In this document: positions 17,647 to 28,549 of the stretch, piece after piece | Layout of the letters: each line of letters starts with the position of its first letter | Numbering within the stretch: the first letter of the stretch is position 1 | Assembly (NCBI GenBank): GCA_046583315.1 | Contig: JAYGCN010000179.1 | Location: forward strand, 1-34,233 | Length of the DNA: 34,233 bases | From: Candidatus Hydrogenedentota bacterium | Lineage (GTDB): Bacteria; Hydrogenedentota; Hydrogenedentia; Hydrogenedentales; GCA-2746185 | Direction of reading: 5' to 3' | Position numbers and translations under genes: made by a program | The notes under the pieces: generated by a model | What the model was told of the DNA's origin: nothing | What the model saw: the letters and a program-made list of their open reading frames with translations, nothing else | The model's database searches: none

Positions 17647-20424
17647 ATGCAGACCATTGCCTCAGTGGCAGAACGCCTGGACATGAGCGCGGAAGAAGCC
17701 GTAGAACGGCTGCGCTATGTGTTCGTTGAAGTAACAGGCGTTGATTCAGAAATATCGGATGAAGAATTCGATTTACTCATCGATATTGATGATAAACCAT
17801 CGGTCGCCGATGAGGTTCGAAACAAAAAGTTAGCCAATCAGGAAAAGGCGAAACTGGCTGAGGAAAAGAAAAAAGCCACCGCAGAAAAGAAGAAAGTCGC
17901 GGCTGCAAAAAAGAAGGCGACTGCCGCGAAGAAGAAAGCTGCGGCTGCAAAAAAGAAAAAAAACGTAACGAAAAAGAAAACCACCAAATCGAAGGATTCG
18001 GATGAGAAGACTCCGGCCGTAGCCGAGTTGCTGGAACCCAAACCCACTGACGAAGAAGTGACTCCAGCTCCACAGGTCGCCGAGATATTGCCCGATGTTG
18101 CGGAAATCCTGCCGGATGTTGATTCTACCTCCGAAAGCGCTCCTACGATTGTCATCGGCACGGCGATCGAACACGAGGAACATCACGCTGAAGTGGTACG
18201 CGCCGACGGCACGCATATAGACGTACAGGACGTGGATATCGCCGAGATCACCCGCGACGCGTCACTGGACGGGACGACCGAAACTGAAGAAGTATCGGCG
18301 AACGTCTCCGGTGTGGCACCTGACCCCAAAGTAGTGGAGGAGGTTATCCGACGCGCTAACGCAACGACCGACAATAAACCGCGCAAGAAGAAGAAAGACA
18401 AGCCTGCCGATCCGCAGGATGCGATGACTGCTGGTGCAAACCGCCCCAAACCGTCACGCAATGCCGCACGTGGACCGATGGCTGCGGGGCTTCGTAAAAC
18501 GGGTAAAACGGCCCGTAAACGCCAGAAGAAAATCGAACGCATGCGCCAGGAAGAAGAGATGCGTCGTAGTGCTGCGGCGGCTGTGCGCGAGTATCAATCG
18601 GGTGCTATGGATGGAGGCACCAAGAAGAAGAAAAAGAAGAAATCCACCGGCGAAGGTGTTGAATTTGAAGCCACTCCGATTATTCAGGTGGACGAAAGTC
18701 TTACCGTTGAAGCGTTGGCCAACGCGATGGAAGTGGACACGACAGACATCATCCTGGAATTGATGGAACGCAACATTATGGCCACCAAGAATCAGACGAT
18801 GAGCATGGATCTGATTCGCCAGATTGCGGAGCCGCAGGGCTTCGAAGTGGTCGCGCTGATTCCTGAAGAGGAAGAGGTGGTTGCCGAGGAACCCGATGAT
18901 CCAGATTCACTGCTGCCGCGTGCGCCGGTGATTACCGTGATGGGCCACGTGGACCATGGTAAAACGTCTTTGCTCGATCAAGTCCGTAAAGCGAGTGTCG
19001 CCGAAGGTGAATCGGGCGGAATTACACAGCACATCGCCGCATACGAAGTTAAACTTCCGCAAGGAAAGGTTGTATTCCTGGATACGCCGGGCCACGAGGC
19101 ATTCACCGCCATGCGTGCCCGAGGGGCACAAATCACGGACGTGGTGGTGCTCGTTGTGGCAGCGGACGATGGTCTGATGCCGCAAACCGTTGAAGCCATC
19201 GATCACGCAAAAGCCGCCGATGTGCCCATCGTGGTCGCGGTCAATAAATGCGATAAACCGGATGCTCAGCCTGAGCGAATTCGCCAGGAATTGTCGAACC
19301 ATGACCTGCTTGATGAGCAATGGGGCGGCAAAACGATTATCAAAGATATTTCCGCGCTCAACGGCGATGGAATTGAAGAGTTGACCGAACTGTTGGTGCT
19401 TGAGACTGAACTGCTGGAATTGAAAGCCAATCCGAATAAACCTGCACGTGGTGCCGTGATTGAAAGTGAAATTACGCGCGGTCAAGGCCCGGTGGCGTGG
19501 GTATTGGTACAGACCGGCACATTGAAGGTGGGTGACGTCTTCCTTTGCGGCGAGACGTATGGTCGCGTTCGGGCATTGCAGAATACGGCAGGCGAAAGCG
19601 TCGATTCAGCAGGTCCGTCCACGCCGGTCGTGGTTACAGGCTTTAATGCACCAGCCAATGCCGGTGATCAGTTCCTCATCGTAAAAGATGAAAAGACCGC
19701 ACGCAGTATTGCAGACAAACGTACACACCAGGCGAAACTCCGCTCGGGTTCACCGGGACAACACATTACGCTCGAAGATTTCTATGCGCAGCTGGTTGCG
19801 GGTGAACAAACCCAGCTCAACGTGTTGGTGAAAGCGGACGTGCAGGGATCGGTCGATGTGCTCAAGTCAACGTTGCCGGATATCGGTAATGAAGAGGTCG
19901 CCATCAACATCGTACACTCGGGCGTGGGCGCGATCAACGAATCTGATATTTTGTTGGCCAGCGCCAGTGATGCCGTCATCCTTGGATTCCATACCGAAGT
20001 ATCGCCCAAAGCCGAGGGGTTGGCGCAATCCGAAGGGGTCGATATCCGAACCTATCGAGTCATCTACGAAATGGTGGACGACTTGCGCAAGTCGCTCGAG
20101 GGTATGTTGACACCTGATGAACACGAAGTCATTACCGGACATGCCGAGATTCGTGCCATCTTCAAATCTTCGGCACTGGGCTCGATAGCAGGCTGCATGC
20201 AGCTTGATGGTGAGACCAAACGCGACGCCATGGCACGATTGAAACGCGGCGATGAAGTGGTCTATACCGGTAAGATCGATTCGGTACGTCGCGAACGTGA
20301 ACAGGTCAGTGCGGTCCAGACGGGTTTCGAGTGCGGCATCAAGCTTCAGGGCTTTGACGGGATAGCAGAAGGCGATATCATCGAAACCTACTTCGTCGAG
20401 CTGGTCGCTAAAACACTGGCCTAA
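17647..20424 (+). CDS. infB: Translation initiation factor IF-2
   Basis: [48 protein letters not shown]. Long low-complexity N-terminus. Confidence 0.98.
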   Translation: MQTIASVAERLDMSAEEAVERLRYVFVEVTGVDSEISDEEFDLLIDIDDKPSVADEVRNKKLANQEKAKLAEEKKKATAEKKKVAAAKKKATAAKKKAAAAKKKKNVTKKKTTKSKDSDEKTPAVAELLEPKPTDEEVTPAPQVAEILPDVAEILPDVDSTSESAPTIVIGTAIEHEEHHAEVVRADGTHIDVQDVDIAEITRDASLDGTTETEEVSANVSGVAPDPKVVEEVIRRANATTDNKPRKKKKDKPADPQDAMTAGANRPKPSRNAARGPMAAGLRKTGKTARKRQKKIERMRQEEEMRRSAAAAVREYQSGAMDGGTKKKKKKKSTGEGVEFEATPIIQVDESLTVEALANAMEVDTTDIILELMERNIMATKNQTMSMDLIRQIAEPQGFEVVALIPEEEEVVAEEPDDPDSLLPRAPVITVMGHVDHGKTSLLDQVRKASVAEGESGGITQHIAAYEVKLPQGKVVFLDTPGHEAFTAMRARGAQITDVVVLVVAADDGLMPQTVEAIDHAKAADVPIVVAVNKCDKPDAQPERIRQELSNHDLLDEQWGGKTIIKDISALNGDGIEELTELLVLETELLELKANPNKPARGAVIESEITRGQGPVAWVLVQTGTLKVGDVFLCGETYGRVRALQNTAGESVDSAGPSTPVVVTGFNAPANAGDQFLIVKDEKTARSIADKRTHQAKLRSGSPGQHITLEDFYAQLVAGEQTQLNVLVKADVQGSVDVLKSTLPDIGNEEVAINIVHSGVGAINESDILLASASDAVILGFHTEVSPKAEGLAQSEGVDIRTYRVIYEMVDDLRKSLEGMLTPDEHEVITGHAEIRAIFKSSALGSIAGCMQLDGETKRDAMARLKRGDEVVYTGKIDSVRREREQVSAVQTGFECGIKLQGFDGIAEGDIIETYFVELVAKTLA

Positions 20425-20462
20425 AAACCGTAGCCTATACGCAACGGCAGGAATACAAGACC

Positions 20463-20744
20463 GTGACCATCGGCGTACTGCACATGGAGATTGGTATACC
20501 CGGCGCGCATTCACTCAAAGAAAAACGGCGTGCCACGAAAAGTCTGAAGACCAAGCTCGGTAATCGGTACAATTGTTCCGTCGCTGAAGAGGGACATCAT
20601 GATTTGTGGAATCGCGCGCAGTTCGCGGTATGCGTGATTTCGGATGATCACGGTCATCTCAGCGCACAATTGGATGAGATCGTGCGATTCTCGTCCACGC
20701 ATCATCTGGTGGAGCTGATTGATTACTCCATCGAGACATTCTAA
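20463..20744 (+). CDS. DUF503 (YlxP) family protein
   Basis: SLKEKRR...YNCSVAE...DLWNRA motif in its usual position between infB and rbfA. Confidence 0.9.
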   Translation: MTIGVLHMEIGIPGAHSLKEKRRATKSLKTKLGNRYNCSVAEEGHHDLWNRAQFAVCVISDDHGHLSAQLDEIVRFSSTHHLVELIDYSIETF

Positions 20745-20772
20745 CCATTCGAAGCATCCAAGGATAACTATT

Positions 20773-21159
20773 ATGGCCAGTGAAGAACGTGCAATACGCG
20801 TGGGCCGCGTGGTAAAAGCGGAGATCGCGTCATTGCTTACCAAAGGCCTCAAAGACCCCCGAGTGGGATTCGTCTCCATTATGGGGGTGCGCATGTCATC
20901 CGACCTCGGTTACGCCAACGTCTATGTGAGCCTCTACGGAACTGAGAAAGAAAAAACGTCGTCCCTCATCGGACTCAAGCGCTCCGCCGGCTGGATACGT
21001 AAACAACTCGGCAAAAATCTGCGGTTGCGGGTCACGCCAGAGGTACGATTCTTTCTGGACAGCTCACTCGACGATGTGTTTCATCTTGATAACGTGTTCA
21101 AGGAAATTCATGAGAGTGAAGGCAACACTGAAGTGATCGATGAGGACACGTCGTCATGA
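20773..21159 (+). CDS. rbfA: Ribosome-binding factor A
   Basis: LKDPRVGFVSI, SSDLGYANVYVS, LRVTPEVRFFLD. AGGA RBS before the ATG at 20773. Confidence 0.95.
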   Translation: MASEERAIRVGRVVKAEIASLLTKGLKDPRVGFVSIMGVRMSSDLGYANVYVSLYGTEKEKTSSLIGLKRSAGWIRKQLGKNLRLRVTPEVRFFLDSSLDDVFHLDNVFKEIHESEGNTEVIDEDTSS

Positions 21160-22130
21160 GTCTCGTTTCGCTTGATGAAGCACTGGACACGTTGCGCGGC
21201 GCGGATTCCTTCTTGCTCACAACACACACCTCTCCGGATGGTGACGCAATCGGAAGCGTCCTCGCGTTACGACATTTCTTGCAGGATATTGGCAAGACCG
21301 ATATTACTACGGCATGCCAGGACCCTGCGCCCGCCAAATACGGTTGGTTGCCTCTGGTTGACGATCTGGTGACGGAGACGGGCCTGCGTGATGCCTACGA
21401 TCTCGTGGTAATAATCGATGTCGCCCAATGCGCGCGCATCGGTACCATCGGAGAGGCCATTCAAAACGGTCAGCGTGTCCTGGTACTCGATCACCATCTC
21501 GAAACGGAACCGTGCGGCGATCTTAATTTTATGGATCCCACCTTGTCATCCGCCGCGGAAATCGTCGTTGATCTTTATCGCTTGGCCAAAATCCCCATTT
21601 CCATTGATGCTGCAGCCTGCGCGTATGTGGGATTGAGCACTGACACCGGAGGATTTCGTTTCGGGAATACCAACGCGCGGTCCCACGATCACGCGGAAGA
21701 ACTGGTCGCGACGGGTATTGATGTTTCTGGCATCTCCGCACGCGTATTCAGCGATCTTAGCCCCACGAAACTTGCGATGACGCGCGTGGTTCTGGGCAAC
21801 CTGGTGCTTAGTGAAACGGGGACGTCCGCCCATTCGCATTTGACCTTGGCCGAACTGAACGAGCACGGCGCGACGGATGAGGACACGGACGGACTGGTGA
21901 ATTATACTCGGGATATCCAGGGCGTCGAAGTCGGCATGCTGTTCCGCGAAATATCCGAAGAGGTCACCAAAGTGAGCATGCGATCCAAATCCACCTTTGA
22001 CAGCTCTGCGTGTCTGAATGCCTTCGGCGGCGGCGGTCATGCAGGTGCAGCCGGCGCGACCATTGAACAGCCCCTGCAAACCTGTATCGATTCGGTTGTC
22101 GAAGCGGTACAAAATCAACTCTCCGGCTAA
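21156..22130 (+). CDS. nrnA: DHH/DHHA1 phosphoesterase (NrnA-type oligoribonuclease/pAp phosphatase)
   Basis: HTSPDGDAIGS, LDHH, TDTGGFRF, KVSMRS, GGGGHAGAAG. Confidence 0.92.
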   Translation: MSLVSLDEALDTLRGADSFLLTTHTSPDGDAIGSVLALRHFLQDIGKTDITTACQDPAPAKYGWLPLVDDLVTETGLRDAYDLVVIIDVAQCARIGTIGEAIQNGQRVLVLDHHLETEPCGDLNFMDPTLSSAAEIVVDLYRLAKIPISIDAAACAYVGLSTDTGGFRFGNTNARSHDHAEELVATGIDVSGISARVFSDLSPTKLAMTRVVLGNLVLSETGTSAHSHLTLAELNEHGATDEDTDGLVNYTRDIQGVEVGMLFREISEEVTKVSMRSKSTFDSSACLNAFGGGGHAGAAGATIEQPLQTCIDSVVEAVQNQLSG

Positions 22131-22144
22131 ACGAGACCTATTCT

Positions 22145-23041
22145 ATGAATGGCATACTACTCGTCGATAAACCAGCAGGCATGACCTCCCACGATGTCGT
22201 TGACCGCATTCGCAAAGCAGCCCAGATGCGTAAGGTCGGGCATACAGGCACTCTGGACCCGGCTGCGACGGGCCTGCTCATTCTCTGCCTCGGAGCCGCC
22301 ACACGATTGTCGGATTACCTTGTCGGCATGGACAAAACTTACGCCGGAGAAATGACCTTTGGCGTCGTCAGCGACTCCTACGACGCTGATGGTACTGTGC
22401 TCGAAGAAAACGAAGTCCCTGAGATTGATTCCGAACAATTACGCGCCGAGTTCGCCGAATTCACAGGCACATTCGACCAAATTCCGCCCATGGTGAGCGC
22501 CGTCAAAGTGGGGGGGCAACGGCTCTATAAACTGGCAAGACAAGGCGAAACAGTTGAGCGCCCGTCACGTTCGGTGACCGTGCCACGATTCGAACTGGAA
22601 TCGTTAAGCCCGCCCAAAGCGACCTTCAGCCTCGACTGCACCAGCGGCACATACGTGCGGTCCTTGTGCCACGATATCGGGCAGCGGGTCGGTTGCGGAG
22701 CAATTCTGTCATCCCTACGGCGCACCCGTATCGGGAGGCATGACGTGTCCAACGCTCTCGAGCTCGACCAATTTCAGAATCCCGAGGATGTGCAGGCTCG
22801 CTTACTGGACATGGGCGACGTACTCGACCTACCGAGTGTTACCGCGAACAACGACGGGCAGCGTTTGGTGTGTTCCGGTAATCAGATCAATCCGTCGCAC
22901 CTGCTCGAAAGTCCACCTGAAGAACCCGGCTGCGTTCAGATTAAATCCCGAAACGGACATCTGTTGGCCTTGGCCGATCTTGAGAATCGCGCCACGGGTA
23001 CATGGATACAACCGCGAAAGGTCTTTCCTGTTGAGGAATAA
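22145..23041 (+). CDS. truB: tRNA pseudouridine(55) synthase
   Basis: DKPAGMTSHDVV, GHTGTLDP, QIPPMVSAVK, SGTYVRSL, LRRTRIG. Confidence 0.97.
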   Translation: MNGILLVDKPAGMTSHDVVDRIRKAAQMRKVGHTGTLDPAATGLLILCLGAATRLSDYLVGMDKTYAGEMTFGVVSDSYDADGTVLEENEVPEIDSEQLRAEFAEFTGTFDQIPPMVSAVKVGGQRLYKLARQGETVERPSRSVTVPRFELESLSPPKATFSLDCTSGTYVRSLCHDIGQRVGCGAILSSLRRTRIGRHDVSNALELDQFQNPEDVQARLLDMGDVLDLPSVTANNDGQRLVCSGNQINPSHLLESPPEEPGCVQIKSRNGHLLALADLENRATGTWIQPRKVFPVEE

Positions 23042-23055
23042 CTGGTGCTGCTACG

Positions 23056-23979
23056 ATGCGAATCATTGAAGATGTAACCAAAACAGAAGTATGTTTTCCA
23101 AATGTCGTGCTGACCGTGGGCAGCTTTGACGGAATCCACATGGGACACCGTTACATTCTTGAAGACGTGGTGCGCAAGGCCAAGGCGCTGGATGGTACAC
23201 CCGCGTTGCTTACGATGAAACCACATCCGCGTGAATACTTCTCTCCGAACAACGCGCCCAATCTCCTGTGCGATTTCGACAAGAAGATTGAGTTGCTCGG
23301 TGACCTCGGCATCGAAGTCGTATACGTTCTGCCGTTCAATGCAGCCACCTCGGCCATTCCAGCGGAAACCTTCGTCGAGGATCTGCTTCATAACCGATGC
23401 CATGTCCGATCCCTCGTAGTTGGCCATGATTGCCGCTTCGGAAAAGGCGCACGAGGAACGTATCAGCTGTTGGAATCAATGGCCTCGGATATGGATTTTG
23501 AGGTGGCCGAAATTGCCCCGATCACGGTCGATTCCGAGCGTGTCAGCAGCACCCTGATTCGTGAACGAATCCTGCAAGGCGATTTGGCCACCGTGGAAAA
23601 ATTACTAGGTCGAAAATATTCGGTTTCGGGCAAGGTGGAGTCCGGCCGTGGAATCGGAAGCACGATAGGTTTCCCCACGGCGAATATTCATCCCTACCAC
23701 ACAGCCATCCCTGCGCAAGGCGTGTACATCGCCGAAGCAATCCTGGAAGGTGAGGCCTTTCCAGCAGCGGTGAATATCGGTATCGCGCCCACCATCCGCA
23801 ATGAAGACATCACCATTGAGGCCCATTTGCTCGACTTTGATCGCGATATTCGTGACTGCGAAATAGAGATCGTTTTTCACGGTCGAGTCCGCCCGGAGCG
23901 CAAATTTCCGAACAAAGAAGCGCTCATTGAGCAAATTGCCAAAGATGTGCAGACGGTTCGGGATTACTTCGGTCGTTAA
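23056..23979 (+). CDS. ribF: Bifunctional riboflavin kinase / FAD synthetase
   Basis: GSFDGIHMGH, VSSTLIR, GFPTAN, IEAHLLDF, RPERKF. Confidence 0.97.
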   Translation: MRIIEDVTKTEVCFPNVVLTVGSFDGIHMGHRYILEDVVRKAKALDGTPALLTMKPHPREYFSPNNAPNLLCDFDKKIELLGDLGIEVVYVLPFNAATSAIPAETFVEDLLHNRCHVRSLVVGHDCRFGKGARGTYQLLESMASDMDFEVAEIAPITVDSERVSSTLIRERILQGDLATVEKLLGRKYSVSGKVESGRGIGSTIGFPTANIHPYHTAIPAQGVYIAEAILEGEAFPAAVNIGIAPTIRNEDITIEAHLLDFDRDIRDCEIEIVFHGRVRPERKFPNKEALIEQIAKDVQTVRDYFGR

Positions 23980-24071
23980 AGAAGTCATGTAAATACTATA
24001 TTCCTGTGTTTTTTGGTGCCTAAACTTCGTTATACTAGGGATATACGTCCTATTTGGTGTAACCAGATTCC

Positions 24072-24117
24072 GATGGGCGTACACATACTGGCTAGATGGG
24101 CGTACACATACTGGCTA
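24072..24117 (+). repeat. Perfect 23-bp tandem duplication (2 copies)
   Basis: GATGGGCGTACACATACTGGCTA at 24072-24094 and 24095-24117. Confidence 0.95.
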
Positions 24118-24150
24118 ACGGATTATTGCTTCATGGGATTGTTTCGGATC

Positions 24151-25809
24151 ATGAATTTACCTACACGGTTGTCGTATTTTGGGGTCGGGATTACTCTATT
24201 TGGTCTCTCCACACTCTTAAGTGCCTGCTCAACAACAGCTTACAAAGAAAAGGCTGACGCGGAAGCGTATGGCCTGATTGCGGAGAAAACGGGCCAGGTT
24301 GAAGGCATGACCGAGGCCGTCTCCATTGAACCCGCCGATGCACTTGACCTCGGTGTGCTTCCGGTAGGCGAGGAATCCTATGAATTTCTGGGAGATGCCG
24401 CAGACTCCGAAATCGATGCTGCCATCATCAATCTCGACGCCGCGCTTGAAACGGCATTCCGACACAGCCGCACCTATCAGAATCAGAAAGAGCGTCTGTA
24501 TATTCAAGCCCTGTCTCTCTCTATCGAGAGACACGATTTTGATCCGATTTTCAACGGTATTGTATCGGGCGAACATACTTGGGACCAGAGTAGCGACTTT
24601 GAAAACAGCGTGAGCGGTCTCACCCGTTTCGGCGTCTCCAAACTGATGACAACCGGGGGCGCCATCGCGGTCAATTTGACCTCCAATTTCTTTCGCTTCG
24701 TTCATGGAAACGGCCAGGAATCGGCCTCATCGGCGCTAACGGGATCGATTGTACAGCCCCTTCTGCGCGGTGCAGGACGTAAGGTCGCGACGGAGAATCT
24801 GATTCAGGCTGAGCGCGATTTGCTGTACCAACTGAGAGACTTTACCCGATTTCGAAAAGAATTTACCGTGCAAGTGGCAACGAGTTACTATAATGTTCTT
24901 CGTAGCAAGGACACGGTTAGCAACAACTTTGACGGACTCGAAGGTGTGATCAAGTTTCTGGATCGTGAGAGAGCGTACGAGCGCGAAGGGTTGCGCACCC
25001 CAGGTGAAGTCGGCGAAATGGAATCGAACCGGCTCAATCGCGAATCCGGATGGACGAACTCGATTAATCGCTACCAGGATAATCTGGATCAGTTCAAGAT
25101 TCTCTTGGGAATTTCAACGGATTCACATGTCATTCTGGACGATCGGGATTTGAAAGCACTTGAAACGGCAGACTTGTCCCTGCCCGATCTTTCCGTGTCA
25201 GAAGCGATCGACATCGCATTGGTAACCCGGCTCGATTTGGAAACGCAGATCAATCTGATCGAAGATGCGGAACGCAGGATACATGTGGCGACCAATGGCA
25301 TGAAAGCGCGATTAGATCTTTTTACCACTGCCGACGTGCCGACGAAAGATGGTAACCGTTTTACGGCCCTGGATTTCAACGAAGCACAGTATAGTTTCGG
25401 CTTCGACGTGGATATTCCCTTTGATCGCAAAGCCAGACGCAACAACTTTCGTATTTCGCTCATCAACCTTGAGGCGGCCCATCGATCAGCAAGTTTAAGC
25501 GTCGACAACATGAAACTGAACGTGCGTAGTGCCTGGCGTAATCTTGAACAGGCCCACCGGGATTATGCAATTGATCAACTCAACGTGGAAATCAACCGAC
25601 GCCGCGTTGAGGAGAAAATTCTGTTGTCCGAACTGGGATTGGGTGAGATTCGCGACAGCGTGGACGCGCAGAACGATTTGACCCTTGCTCTAACATCGCT
25701 TACGGGCTCGTTGGTGCAACAACGTGTCGCCTTGTTGCAATTCTGGCGGGACCTTGGCGTGTTGTATATCAACGATAATGGTCAGTGGGAGGTACCGAAT
25801 GATGTCTAG
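24151..25809 (+). CDS. TolC-family outer-membrane efflux lipoprotein
   Basis: Signal peptide with lipobox LSA-C, LDAALETA, QPLLRGAG, two helical/beta repeats and an RDLG near the C-terminus. Start set at MNLPT (24151). Confidence 0.85.
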   Translation: MNLPTRLSYFGVGITLFGLSTLLSACSTTAYKEKADAEAYGLIAEKTGQVEGMTEAVSIEPADALDLGVLPVGEESYEFLGDAADSEIDAAIINLDAALETAFRHSRTYQNQKERLYIQALSLSIERHDFDPIFNGIVSGEHTWDQSSDFENSVSGLTRFGVSKLMTTGGAIAVNLTSNFFRFVHGNGQESASSALTGSIVQPLLRGAGRKVATENLIQAERDLLYQLRDFTRFRKEFTVQVATSYYNVLRSKDTVSNNFDGLEGVIKFLDRERAYEREGLRTPGEVGEMESNRLNRESGWTNSINRYQDNLDQFKILLGISTDSHVILDDRDLKALETADLSLPDLSVSEAIDIALVTRLDLETQINLIEDAERRIHVATNGMKARLDLFTTADVPTKDGNRFTALDFNEAQYSFGFDVDIPFDRKARRNNFRISLINLEAAHRSASLSVDNMKLNVRSAWRNLEQAHRDYAIDQLNVEINRRRVEEKILLSELGLGEIRDSVDAQNDLTLALTSLTGSLVQQRVALLQFWRDLGVLYINDNGQWEVPNDV

Positions 25810-27823
25810 TGCCCCAAGCACACAATCGAAGTCCCCGGCACTCAAGGTAGTCCTGATCCTTGTTGTCGTAGCGGTCGCGGCTGGATTGTATTTCCAGAGC
25901 ATGCGCGCCTCAAAGGGTGCACAACGCGTGACTTTCGCGGTACAGCGCGGTGATTTGCGCGTTACCGTATTGGAAGGCGGCAACGTCGAAGCCCAGGAAT
26001 CGCAAGAGATCAAGTCCGAGATTCGAGGACATACCGGCGCGAAGATTCTAAGCATTATTGAGGAAGGGTATCTCGTTACCCAGGAAGACATCGATAACGG
26101 CCTTATTTTGGTGGAGCTTGATCCGTCGGCGCTTGAAGATCAACTCGTGAATCAAGAAATCGCTGTGCAGACTGCTGAAGCCCAGTACATCGAAAGTCGA
26201 GCGCAATTCGATATTCAGGTAACCCAGAACCAGCGCAATATTTCCGAGGCTTCACTGGCCGTCAAGTTTGCGCGAATGGATTTCGAAAAATTTCTAGGCG
26301 CAAACTCCGTTCGAGACATAGAAGAACTGCTGGATCTGACTGAGCGCTTCAAAGAGAATACTTCACCCAAAATCGAAGAAAAAATCGTAGATCAACCCAA
26401 GCGTGTCCGGCCGGAGGGTGCAGGACGCAGAGGGGGTGACCCCAGGGAGGGAGGTGCTGCTGGAAGAGGACGTCCCGGTGGCGCTGGTGGCGAACGCAGA
26501 GGCATGGACCCGGCGCGATTGAAACAAATGATCGCGGATAACGGTGGTGAATTGCCCAGCTTCATCAAAGATCGATTGGGTGATATGGGTATGACCGAAG
26601 AACAATTCATGGCCCAGATAAACGGTGGGGATGCCGGTGGCGCGCAACGTCCCCCGGAACCGCAGGCACCACAAGAAACGAGTCCAACGGAGGTTAGGAT
26701 AATTCTGGATGAGGGGTATTTACGATTGCGGGACGCCATTGACTTCTCGAAATATGCCGACGATACCACTTTGGAAGATGGAGAGGCGAAACAGACGCTG
26801 AGTAACCTGAAGGCGGACGAGTTGGTGGCTATTGAGGAGGCACGGTTGGCCGAATCCCGGCTTGAGGGCCAAGAGCGACTTTTTGAGTCCGCATTCATCA
26901 CGCAAAATGAACTTGAATTGCAAATGGTTCAGGAACAAAAAGCGAAGATAAGAGTAGAAACAACGCGTATGGAAACGGAGCTGTACATCAAGTATACATT
27001 TCCCAAACAAGCGGAGTTTTTGTTCTTCGGATACGAAGATGCCTTGATGGGTTTGGTCCGCGAGCGCAAAGAATCTGAAGCCGAAACCGCAGAAGCAGAT
27101 GCCCGCCTGAAATCTTCGGAACGCAAGTTCAATCTTCAACGTGATGAGTTTGAGAACCTTAAAGATCAACTTGAGAAGTGTATCATCCGCGCGGAACGTC
27201 CCGGTCTCGTGGTGTACGGCTCCAGTTCGGGTTCGAGTCCCTGGCGGCGAAGCAGCGAGGAACCCATTGCGGAAGGATCGACCGTTCGCGAACGGCAGCG
27301 CATCATCACAATCCCGGACATGAATCACATGGGCGTGAAAGTCAATATTCATGAGTCAAACGTCAAAAAAGTGAGTGTTGGTCAGATGGTCAGCGTCGAA
27401 ATGGACGCATTTCCTGGACGCATCCTCGAAGGTGAAGTGGTCAAAGTGGCCGTGCTGGCGGATTCGGCGAATGCATTCATGAATCCCGATTTGAAGGTCT
27501 ATCCCACAGACATTCGAATCGATGGTACGCACGATTGGTTGCGCCCGGGGATGAGCGCGCAAATCGAGATACTCATCGAAAAACTCACCGACGTTCTGTA
27601 TGTTCCTATACAAGCGGTGACCTACGAAGGCGACAAAAATATTTGTTATGTGCTTAAGAATGGAAATACGGTGAAACGTATCGTAACGCCGGGTTCGTTT
27701 ACCGAGGCCTTCATCGAAATCAAGGATGGTCTTGAGGAAGGTGAAGAAGTGTTGCTTTTGGCACCGGACAGTACGACGATCGACGATATCGAAGAACCTG
27801 CTGAGACCGAGGCCGCCGCGTAG
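25799..27823 (+). CDS. Periplasmic adaptor (MacA/HlyD-type membrane fusion protein) with large central insertion
   Basis: N-terminal TM, first lipoyl half (IIEEGYLV...LVELD), coiled coils, second lipoyl half (IRAERPGLVVY), VNIHESNV, LRPGMSA, GLEEGEEV. GGAGG RBS. Overlaps the TolC stop. Confidence 0.9.
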   Translation: MMSSAPSTQSKSPALKVVLILVVVAVAAGLYFQSMRASKGAQRVTFAVQRGDLRVTVLEGGNVEAQESQEIKSEIRGHTGAKILSIIEEGYLVTQEDIDNGLILVELDPSALEDQLVNQEIAVQTAEAQYIESRAQFDIQVTQNQRNISEASLAVKFARMDFEKFLGANSVRDIEELLDLTERFKENTSPKIEEKIVDQPKRVRPEGAGRRGGDPREGGAAGRGRPGGAGGERRGMDPARLKQMIADNGGELPSFIKDRLGDMGMTEEQFMAQINGGDAGGAQRPPEPQAPQETSPTEVRIILDEGYLRLRDAIDFSKYADDTTLEDGEAKQTLSNLKADELVAIEEARLAESRLEGQERLFESAFITQNELELQMVQEQKAKIRVETTRMETELYIKYTFPKQAEFLFFGYEDALMGLVRERKESEAETAEADARLKSSERKFNLQRDEFENLKDQLEKCIIRAERPGLVVYGSSSGSSPWRRSSEEPIAEGSTVRERQRIITIPDMNHMGVKVNIHESNVKKVSVGQMVSVEMDAFPGRILEGEVVKVAVLADSANAFMNPDLKVYPTDIRIDGTHDWLRPGMSAQIEILIEKLTDVLYVPIQAVTYEGDKNICYVLKNGNTVKRIVTPGSFTEAFIEIKDGLEEGEEVLLLAPDSTTIDDIEEPAETEAAA

Positions 27824-27847
27824 GTCACGCGGATAGGGAATTAAGTC

Positions 27848-28549
27848 ATGAGTAGTAATTCGATTATCGCCTCCGTCAAGGACGTGTACAAGACCTATAA
27901 CATGGGTCCGGGACTAACGGTGGAAGCGTTGCGCGGCGTGGATATTGATTTCCGTCAGGGTGAATACGTGAGCATCATGGGGCCGTCCGGGTGCGGAAAA
28001 TCCACGCTGATGAACCTGTTGGGATGCCTGGATCGTCCAACAAGCGGTCAATATCTCCTTGGCGACGATGACGTGTCGCAATTGGACGACGATCAGCTTT
28101 CTGATATCCGTGGCGCACGCCTGGGCTTCATTTTTCAATCCTATAATCTCATCCAACAGCTCTCCGTAATCGAAAACATCGAGTTGCCGCTCTATTACCA
28201 GGGATGGCCCGAGGCGGAAAGTCGCGAGAAAGCCATTAAATTTGCGGAAAAGGTTGGGCTGGGTGATCGCATCTACCACAAACCTTTTGAATTGTCCGGT
28301 GGTCAACAACAGCGGGTAGCGATTGCACGCGCGTTATCCAATGACCCGCTGATTATCTTGGCCGATGAACCCACAGGTAACCTCGACTCGAAATCCGGTG
28401 CGGAGATTATGACTCTCTTTGACGAATTGCATCAGCAGGGGAAGACGCTCATTATGGTGACGCACTCCGACGAATTGTCCGAACGCACGTATCGGCGTGT
28501 GCGCCTGCATGACGGCGAGGTGGAGAGCGATGAACGCATATCACACTGA
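27848..28549 (+). CDS. ABC transporter ATP-binding protein (MacB/LolD family)
   Basis: [46 protein letters not shown]. Confidence 0.96.
   Translation: MSSNSIIASVKDVYKTYNMGPGLTVEALRGVDIDFRQGEYVSIMGPSGCGKSTLMNLLGCLDRPTSGQYLLGDDDVSQLDDDQLSDIRGARLGFIFQSYNLIQQLSVIENIELPLYYQGWPEAESREKAIKFAEKVGLGDRIYHKPFELSGGQQQRVAIARALSNDPLIILADEPTGNLDSKSGAEIMTLFDELHQQGKTLIMVTHSDELSERTYRRVRLHDGEVESDERISH

Noticed and set aside
24072..24117. Mini-CRISPR array
   Set aside because: The copies are directly adjacent with no spacer, are not palindromic, and no cas genes are present.
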